NCBI GenBank assembly: GCA_040954595.2
Contig: CM082581.2
Span: 1,480,699 to 1,544,698 of the forward strand
Origin: Balanoglossus misakiensis
Taxonomy: Eukaryota > Animalia > Hemichordata
Length of the DNA: 64,000 nucleotides
Reading direction: 5' to 3'
Within the stretch, counting starts at the first letter, position 1; each line of letters starts with the position of its first letter. Below, one piece after another: positions 32,501 through 39,910 of this stretch. A model generated the notes under the pieces. That model was given only the letters and a program-made list of their open reading frames with translations, did not search any database and was not told the DNA's origin. The translations under genes were made by a program, and so were the position numbers.

Positions 32501-34060
32501 CTTAGTTAATGTGCGATGCAGGTCGAAGCATTCTTCACTATAGAAAACACGATTGCATGATTTACAATACACCGCGTTATTTTCATCAGCACTGGGGTTA
32601 CTACATTCATTTCTCTTGCAATTTAGACACACTTTTTCGCAGGGGTGTTTATATGCATCATTATAACCTATCTTACACTTGTCACAGTAATACGAACGAC
32701 CTACCACCACCTTCATACTTGTAATAACATTAAAGTGGTTGTCGTGATAATACAGATATATATATTTATCGGCGTCTGGTCCCGAATAAATGATGCCGTT
32801 ACGAGTCGCGTGCTGCGTAGAGTAAACGTTGATTTGATACCCTGGCAAAACAGCCTGGAATCTTTGAACCTCTTGCAACCCACACTTTGCCAGTGGTACC
32901 CCTGCATCCTCATGGAGTTTTATAGCTAGTTCACCCTGGATACTTTTGTCTGACTTACGAATCTGATCGTATTTCTTGTGTTTGTCTATCCTAGCTTTGG
33001 CTACAACAATAGCGCGGGCGCAGCAAAGATCATCCTTATTCTGAATACGAATAATAGAGCGTTTAGATCCAAAGTACTCTGGCAGATTGATTTTCTTCAT
33101 CACAGGACCCCTCCCTCCCTCGGGCATATCAACGTGAACCACATTTACACAAACATCCTCATTTATTTGGAAATCTTCGTATGACTGCATTACTCGTTGA
33201 ATTTGTGCAAATACCTGATCCGTTTTGAAATCCCGTACACATACAAACGGTAAACTAACAGGTTTCTCTAGCTGCGGTGTACGTAGAACTAACCGAATTT
33301 TGTCCCTCGATTTCATGTCGCTAGTCAGCTCACCTATTAACTTATCAAAACGCTGGTAGAGTGCATTTAACGCGTCCTGTAAATTTCGGCTTTCCACAGG
33401 AGTGAAATTAACTACGTAGTCGCTAGCCGTTGTTTTAAACTTTTTGATGAATCGCTTAGTCACTTCGCGTATCTGATATAATTCGACATCCTGATCGTCT
33501 TGATCAAGACGCCCGCGTTTAGCAGGAGGGGGTGTAGTCGGATCTCTTAATTCGTGAAGTTGAGATCCATGGGAGGGTTGTTGATCGCTAACAACATTGA
33601 CAAATTCTATGGGAGCATCACCACCACGTTGTATACAACTACTGTGTTCAGCGATACTCTGATTTTCACTCATGTATAGGGAATCTGATGAACAAGGATG
33701 TTCTAACACGTTTGAACTTACCTCAGCATCATGAAGCGCACTCTGACCAAACTCTTGGATTAGGCGGCAACGTGCCTGTAGACCGAGGGTACATAGCTTC
33801 GGAGTCATGTCAGGGATTTCGGATAGCAATGCATCCAATTCATCGAATGTCTGGCATGTCTGTATTGCCTGTTCAAGCGAGGGTTGGTGTACTTCCACAT
33901 AGTTCTCGAGCATCCGGCACCGTGCATCCATGGCCAGGAGGGATAAGTCAGGGGATAGGTTTTCACCATGGGATGCTATAAGGTTATCCAGTTCGGCTAT
34001 GGAGCCACACGCCGCGATGGCTTGTGCAGTTAACGGGGCGGGCTGTGTTCTATCGGCCAT
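29522..34060 (-). CDS. Protein-primed family B DNA polymerase (multidomain)
   Basis: Exo motifs FYDFE, AHNSQAYD, YCKSDV; Pol motifs YVDICSLYP, KLLLNSFWGKFGQ, YFDTDS, GPKSY; uninterrupted ~1512 aa. Confidence 0.97.
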   Translation of the reverse strand: MADRTQPAPLTAQAIAACGSIAELDNLIASHGENLSPDLSLLAMDARCRMLENYVEVHQPSLEQAIQTCQTFDELDALLSEIPDMTPKLCTLGLQARCRLIQEFGQSALHDAEVSSNVLEHPCSSDSLYMSENQSIAEHSSCIQRGGDAPIEFVNVVSDQQPSHGSQLHELRDPTTPPPAKRGRLDQDDQDVELYQIREVTKRFIKKFKTTASDYVVNFTPVESRNLQDALNALYQRFDKLIGELTSDMKSRDKIRLVLRTPQLEKPVSLPFVCVRDFKTDQVFAQIQRVMQSYEDFQINEDVCVNVVHVDMPEGGRGPVMKKINLPEYFGSKRSIIRIQNKDDLCCARAIVVAKARIDKHKKYDQIRKSDKSIQGELAIKLHEDAGVPLAKCGLQEVQRFQAVLPGYQINVYSTQHATRNGIIYSGPDADKYIYLYYHDNHFNVITSMKVVVGRSYYCDKCKIGYNDAYKHPCEKVCLNCKRNECSNPSADENNAVYCKSCNRVFYSEECFDLHRTLTKKSKKTTCVKYYRCRKCGQWVHREDSRRKGKGHICGESICRTCNRFMPQGHKCYMNAAESAEDRERRASAKKASGTKTKEVGVDGDTASVGRKRPHDLTIFYDFESRFHPDTGTHIPNLCVAQRVCRSCMGRRQLDNESHCSECGKNQYIFRGDTSAEQFCAWLFTPENSGAIVLAHNSQAYDSYFVLSYLEKNGVLPEVIVNGGKFMCITVPHVGIKLIDSLNFMPMPLQKLPSAFNLQDVKKGEFPFHFNTPENQNYVGPMPPLESYDIDGKKPGDREKFIRWYNGMVDAGKQFDFQAELIAYCKSDVDVLRLACLEFRKLFMNASKTQRVDESCTDDIGMCPFRNAITISSACMKLFQRNFMKEDTIGLIPSQGYVNPVKSSVKCERWLKYQSHKLGQQIKHARNSGEFQIGSLRVDGYIESQKRVLEFYGCFYHGCPKCYSGKTMNPVSGLTMEELYDKTQSRRQFILAAGYDMVEIWECEYERQMKEDREMKEYISSLPIYDRLKPRDGFYGGRTNAVKLYHTVKPGEEIKYVDICSLYPWSCKWGKYVVGHPEVITEGFPPDNDITAFEGLIKCKVLPPRELFLPLLPLKCNDKLVFTLCRVCAEKCASTHVCLHSDEERALTGVWTSLELKKAVSLGYRIISLHEVWHYANTTEYSKENVDGGLFTEYINTFLKMKQEASGYPDWCKTEEEKTKYISDYYEREGILLDRANISTNPAMRSLAKLLLNSFWGKFGQRDNLPQSIYVSDLQSYYDILNDETKEVNDLYVVSDELLNITYTDASEFARSNPRSSVVIACYTTSQARLKLYETLEKFRDDQILYFDTDSCIYVSRPGQYDPELGSYLGDFTDELSGNYITTFVSAGPKSYAYQLAPNSDGVVDTECKVKGVKLSFRNKSIVNFESMKALVTGTGASRLITTEPHKIRRDKKRKEITSQREEKVFRLVYDKRVLCEDYTTLPYGYSGISQEEMDVFESLLMESDYCDYIGF

Positions 34061-34336
34061 AACTGACAACTGAAAGGATGAGAGGGGTTGCTGAGGAGGG
34101 ATATGTGTACAGGGATAGACACAAACACCGTCTGATTCAGTTTCTCTTGGAGCTCAAGTCTATTTATTGTAAAAAACAACATACCGTTATAGATATGTTA
34201 AGTGTATGAACAATTCACACATGTAAAAATGTTGAAAAGAAAAAGAATACACATTGTCTTAGATGTAAAATATGTCATCATTTTAAAAATTCAGAGTTAA
34301 ATTGTGATATGTCGGCATCTTTTTTTACAAAGGTTA

Positions 34337-34876
34337 CTACGCCGACTCATTGACTAGTTCCCATTGTCTTTGATTCTCTCTCAAGATCAACCGATCCATA
34401 AATTCTTCACGGCGGGCATCATCACAGGAGGAATCGCTGTACAGCCACCTCTGTCGGGACATAACTGTTAAAAGGTGGGCGTTGGTTACATCAGTCTCTC
34501 TTCGTAATACCCGTATCAACTCACATATGTCCATTCTTTTAAGGCCCACTTCGAAGTATGCATATATCTTCTCGGCATTGGTCAACATTAGACAGTCATG
34601 GTGTATCTGCGATGGGTCTTGAAGCTCACAACCTTCACAATTTTCATCGGCTACCTGACATATAAAGACCGATAAATGATCTTGTAGTAGATCCATGAAC
34701 TTCGTCTCGTACCGGTACAACGCCTCTTCCTCATCAGCCCACTGGCTGATGGGTTCCTGTTCTTGCGGTGTGAAGTCCCCGTTATCACCCCATTCTACCG
34801 ACGGATCCCCATCAATGGTCTGGACTCCTGCAGCGACGGTGGTCTGTTGGTTAAGACATTGGTTTTGGTGTGCCAT
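34337..34876 (-). CDS. Accessory protein with C-x-G-C..PSQ..H-x-C putative metal-binding motif
   Basis: ATG at 34876; ENCEGCELQDPSQIHHDCL; downstream minus-strand AATAAA at ~34163-34168. Confidence 0.6.
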   Translation of the reverse strand: MAHQNQCLNQQTTVAAGVQTIDGDPSVEWGDNGDFTPQEQEPISQWADEEEALYRYETKFMDLLQDHLSVFICQVADENCEGCELQDPSQIHHDCLMLTNAEKIYAYFEVGLKRMDICELIRVLRRETDVTNAHLLTVMSRQRWLYSDSSCDDARREEFMDRLILRENQRQWELVNESA

Positions 34877-35026
34877 CTTCCAGCCGATGTATTTCTCGTT
34901 CTCCGACGTACTGTTAGGATGTAAGGACCTCTGTAATTTTGTGAGGTGTATCTCCAGATCGCTGTCGAGTGATGATGACTTTTCGGCAGCTTTCCTCGGT
35001 GGTTTTATCTCGTTTTCCACAACTCA

Positions 35027-35350
35027 TTACGTAAAACGTGTGAGGAGGGCGTCGATGCAATGCCCCATTCTAACAATACAGGTCCCGCTACTCACATTTC
35101 TATAGGTAAAGCGGTCTTTCACACATGCCAGTTCTGAAAGCGAGGGCGGTGGCTGAAAAGACTTGAAAGTCATATTCCAGAAAAGCTCTAACACATCGTT
35201 AGCATCAGTGTGCTGTAGAAAAGTATAACACTCCTTCCCACTAATGTTACCATGCTTTTTCCTAATGTATCGCAAACAGCTTAAAATGAAATACGTGTTT
35301 AACCATTGTATACGATCCTCTTTTTCGATCTCATCAACCACATAATACAT
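35027..35350 (-). CDS. Hypothetical 107-aa accessory protein next to the right TIR
   Basis: ATG at 35350 just inside the TIR, open to TAA at 35027; no family recognised. Confidence 0.45.
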   Translation of the reverse strand: MYYVVDEIEKEDRIQWLNTYFILSCLRYIRKKHGNISGKECYTFLQHTDANDVLELFWNMTFKSFQPPPSLSELACVKDRFTYRNVSSGTCIVRMGHCIDALLTRFT

Positions 35351-35394
35351 CTCCCTACACGAGCAACAAAATCTTGTCTCAGAATGAAACCCTT

Positions 35395-36083
35395 TATCGG
35401 TACTCAAGTAGCCACCGACCACGTGGGGGTTAATTAAATAGAAACATCGCCGAATTCAATAACTTTCTATACTTTTAATTTACGTCTCCATGAAAATATT
35501 TCATATCATTACCATATTAAGTATGACCCCCCCTCTCTGAAACGCCTCCCTATCAACACCTATGAGAATGACCCCCTTATCGGTACCCAAGTAACCACCG
35601 ACCACGTGGGGGTTAATTAAATAGAAGTCTTGCCGAATTCAATAACTTTCTATACTTTTAATTAACATCCCCATGAAAATATTTCATATCATTACCATAC
35701 TTATTAAACACCTACTCCATAAAAATACCTGCATCTCATTAATAATATGAATATTAACGAGTACCCAAATAGCCACCTCATCATTAGCATATCTGCATCT
35801 TATGAATACATGAATATATGATATGAATACATGAATATATGAATATTTGAATATATAACGAGTCCCCAAGTAGCCACCTCATTAACATATCTGCATCTCA
35901 TGAATACATGAATATATGATATGAATACATGAATATATGAATATTTGAATATATAATGAGTCCCCAAGTAGCCACCTCATTAACATATCTGCATCTCATG
36001 AATACATGAATATATAATATGAATACATGAATATATGAATATATGAATATGTAATGAGTCCCCAAATAGCCACGTATACTACT
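35395..36083 (-). repeat. Right TIR of the Maverick (3 x ~98-bp subrepeats)
   Basis: Near-identical reverse complement of the left TIR, one 98-bp unit shorter. Confidence 0.95.
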
Positions 36084-36089
36084 CAGAAT

Positions 36090-38913
36090 ATATCCGCCTA
36101 CACCGGTTGTACCAAAGCCAAGATTGATAAGATTAATTTATCCGAAGAGTTATTCTGCACTAATGTGAACTGTACAGACCCTTCGCATTTACAGGCAATT
36201 GATACTTGTTATAGTAGTATTGTGGACGCATTGAATTGTGCTGCAAAAGATACCATTAGACGTAAGTTTCACCAGAAAGTTCATGTTGTGCCTGGCTGGA
36301 ACGATTTTGTAAAAGAAAGTCACGACTATGCCCGTTCCATGTTTTTATTATGGGTTAATGTGGGTTAACCTAAACAAGGCCCGCTTTTTGAAACCATGAA
36401 ATCTTCCAGAGCTCGTTTTTAGTATGCTTTACGTGCTTGTAAAAAGATTGAGAATCAAAATAGGGCTGACAAGATGGCTGATAATTTACGCTGCCACAAA
36501 CAGAACGACTTCTGGGAGGAAGTCAGAAAGCAAACTAGCAGAAAAACGCCGCTTTCTGACACTGTAGGTGGAGCGACTGGTGAGAGTGAAATTGCAATTA
36601 TGTGGCACAAGCATTTCAGTGATATTTTGAATTCTGTCCAGGCTCAGACTGGTAAAAATGACATCGAGGAGAAAATGAAGTATGTTAAATTTTCTTCTGA
36701 TATGTATGTTTCTGAAGACGAAGTAATTTCTGCTATACATAAGTTACCTGATGGTAAGACAGCTGGCATTGACAATATTTTAGCTGAGCACCTCAAATTC
36801 TCAGACTCCTCTATTTTACCCTTTTTGACTTGTTGTATTAATGCAATGATTGTTCATGGTTACCTGCCAACTGAGGCTATCAATGTTAATTTAGTTCCAA
36901 TTATTAAGGATAAAACTAAGCTTTGTAGTGATGCCAGTAACTACCGGCCGATAGCACTAGCAACTGTTTTCTCTAAAGTTTTTGAGCATATTTTACTTTC
37001 TCGTTGTGAGGAGTTTCTTACCTCTCATTATTTACAATTTGGTTTCAAGCGAGAACATTCAACTGACCTGTGTTTATTTGCATTTAAAGAAATCATTAGC
37101 TACTACACCAGCAATGGAAGACCAGTGTTTACTTGTTTTCTGGATGCTTCAAAAGCTTTTGACAGAGTTAATCACTTTAAACTGGTTATAATTAACAAGC
37201 ACATCGACAGGAATGTTCCCTTGTATGCTGTACGAATTTTATATTAATGGTACAGAAATCAATTGTTTACTGTGTTGTGGGGTAATGAAACCTCAGAGTT
37301 GTTTTCTGTTTCTAACGGTGTAAGACAAGGGGGGGGGGGTACTCTCTCCCTATCTTTTTAATGTCTACATTGATGATATTATCAATGCACTCTGTAAAGC
37401 CAAAGTTAGCTGTACCATGTGTGGTGTCAGCGCTAACACTTTAGGTTACGCTGACGACATGACTCTACTCAGTCCAAGTATTAAGGGTCTACGCCGTCTT
37501 CTTAGAATTTGTGAAATTTACGGCAAGGATTATGATATCATTTATAATTCTAGTAAAACTGTGTGCATGCTTTTTAATGGGAAGAATATGAGCGTTCAAA
37601 GAATTCCTTCGGTTAAACTTAATGACATCACTTTAAAGTTTGTACCTGTACACACCTATCTGGGCCATGTTATATCTTGTGATGGTTGTGATAATGAAGA
37701 TATTGAACGACAGAGAAGAGCATTTTGTGTAAGAGCAAACATGCTATTGAGACATTTTCAACATTGTTGTCAAGATGTGAAGAAAGTTTTATTTTTGGCA
37801 TATTGTAGTAATATTTACTGTTGCAGTTTGTGGGCATCCTTTAAAGTTAAACCGATGAAAAAATTTAAAACTATGTACAATAATGTTTGCAGAAGATTTC
37901 TCGGTCTTCCGCCATTTTGCTGTGCATCGGGTATGTTTGCTACAAACCATGTACATGTATTGTCACTTGGTGAAGTTTTTAGACGCAATATGTACAGTTT
38001 TAAGATGGGTCCCTGGGATCTTTTTGCTCGTTGCTGTGGGCCTTTATAGGACATTACACCCCGATTTGGACTAAGCCGTTTTCAGAGTCTAACAAGGGGC
38101 TGGTAACTAGTTGAAAATCTGCACGATTATGTGCACACCCCCTGTCCGAGTATGTTTACGGCAGCTACCACCCGGCCATAGGCCGCCACGCTAATACGGC
38201 AAAGCAGCGGTCAGCGATAGCGTGCGCGTCCTGTAACCACAGTAACTGGATCGAACGCTAAAAATCCAATGTTTTGTACACAGAGATTTTGTACCGTTCA
38301 CGAAAATCCCTAAGGCTTTTTTCATAGGCCACGTACGCCAGTCAAATTTGACCTGCTTGTTGAGAACGCACTTCCGCACAGTGTGACGGATCGTTTTTTC
38401 GGTTTTCGTCGTGCTAAGAAGCGATACCGGTGGAAGAGTGCGTCCAAAAACACCCAAAATCGATGACTTTTTCAGGTGTGGTACGGGTATGCTGAAATCT
38501 TAGGATACAACGATAATATTCGAAAACAAAATCCGTCACGATCTTCCCTGGTTCAAGCAACTAATGAATACGTATCAAGTTCGTTTTTGAGGTCACGGAA
38601 TAAAAAGCCTTAGGCTTTTGAAATTTGACCTAGCTAATTTTCATATCAATGGCGTCAGGGGGCGCGCGCTCACAATCGTGCAGATTTTCAACTAGTTACC
38701 AGCCCCTTGTTAGACTCTGAAAACGGCTTAGTCCAAATCGGGGTGTAATGTCCTATAAAGGCCCATAGCAACGAGCAAAAAGATCCCAGGGACCCATCTT
38801 AAGCGTAGACTCGAAAATTCTTCTAATGTTTTACTTGATGCGATCTGTTCATCAGATAGAGCGACTGACAGCATATTTTTCAAACATTGGCGAAAGCAAT
38901 TGTATATCATGTA
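36090..38913 (+). pseudogene. Reverse transcriptase part of the LINE ORF2 (pseudogene)
   Basis: In-frame stops at 36366, 36420 and 37245, expanded G-run at ~37329-37339, MITE at 38004-38798; after removing the MITE the frame reads MYSFK|RRLENSSN..HWRKQLYIM*. Confidence 0.85.
38004..38798. mobile_element. TTAA-flanked non-autonomous DNA transposon (Kolobok-type) inserted in the LINE
   Basis: ~125-140-bp TIRs GATGGGTCCCTGGGATC...GATCCCAGGGACCCATC; TTAA at 38000-38003 and 38799-38802; removal restores the RT frame. Confidence 0.88.
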
Positions 38914-39364
38914 AGTTTTTTTTTGTGTGTGTCTCAGTGTCAGATTATTATTATTGTTTTTTTTTCTTCTCTCTTTTGGGTATATGGACTTTTTTTAAAG
39001 TCTGAAATAAAGAATTGTTATTATTTGTTAGCTGTTGCCATTCAAATGTGTCTACGCAAACCCGGCTACACTGGCAGTGGGCTTTGACTCTAAGTCGCTA
39101 ATGTTGTGGGAGGTTTCATTAGCATTGTAGTCACATGTAGTGGATAGTAGTTTGGGAAATTGCCTGAAATACGTCAGCAGACCAGTGATTTTCTTGCACG
39201 AAGGGAGTTTGGTACCAGCAATAATCAGAGATCAGGCTTCGTTGCCGTTCAAAAGTTCCTACTTCAGTCGTGATGTTGCAACTGGACGTTCAGTATGGGG
39301 GTCGGCCCGCAGGTGGCCGTGTGGGTTATCAGGTCGCCCGTAACGGCACGCAGCTACATGCAGC

Positions 39365-39910
39365 TGTATGGGACCAAAATAATACACCCGATTCGGGGGT
39401 CACCTGTGACACCTGCGTAACTCAATAATTATGTGCATGCGTAATTGTGGGGTCAATGAAAGGGGTGGTAGCGTGGTATTTGTTGCACATGGATCAATAT
39501 GAAGTCCGATTTTCCCGTCAAGTTGTGGGCGACCTTATGTGACCTTTCACCTACTTTTGCTTAGTGAGCATCTACAGAAGATGCATGCAGCTTTGGCTTG
39601 GGGGGGGGGGGGCATATACGGATGGGACCATAATGATATACCAAAGGCGGGGTCACCTGTTGCACCTGCCTAAGTCATTGATTTTGTACATTTAATTGGA
39701 CACTAACCAACAGGGCGATAGGTGTGGTTTTTGTTCCACAGGGACGAATGTAAGTGTCAGTTGGTTTTTGCCCAAATGTATAAGGTGATTTTGATGACCT
39801 CTGTCATACAGTGCCATATCTCATCCCGTTGTACAGGTGCAGCTTTGGTATTTGGAGGGATGAAACTATCATGAAATGCCAAATACAGGGGGATACCTTT
39901 GACACCTGCC
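39365..39910 (+). repeat. Diverged ~250-bp tandem repeat
   Basis: ATGGGACCA..GGGGTCACCTGT..CACCTGC recurs at ~39368 and ~39622, and in degenerate form at ~39860. Confidence 0.55.

Larger units (their letters stand above)
21213..36083. mobile_element. Complete Maverick/Polinton (adintovirus-like endogenous dsDNA virus), 14,871 bp
   Basis: AGTAGT...ACTACT termini, long TIRs, perfect 6-bp TSD CAGAAT (21207-21212, 36084-36089), core genes in two convergent modules. Confidence 0.97.
21011..39025 (+). mobile_element. 5'-truncated, inactivated non-LTR retrotransposon (APE-RT ORF2; RTE-X/CR1-group-like), split by the Maverick and a MITE
   Basis: 21012-21212 encodes the APE C-terminus WIDH..SDHIP and continues in frame at 36090 (..SQQN|ISAYT..); RT motifs NYRPIAL, QFGFK, FLDASKAFDRV, GVRQG, YADD; 3' end TCTGAAATAAA + TTA-like tail. 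Confidence 0.85.

Noticed and set aside
29688-33981. Plus-strand ORFs antisense to PolB and other Maverick genes
   Set aside because: Short shadow ORFs with no recognisable motifs
38004-38798. piggyBac assignment for the TTAA-flanked MITEs
   Set aside because: Termini start with purines (GA/AG/GG) rather than CC(C/T), which fits Kolobok better
21000-39040. Target-site duplication for the LINE
   Set aside because: No convincing direct repeat at the inferred ends; LINE boundaries are approximate
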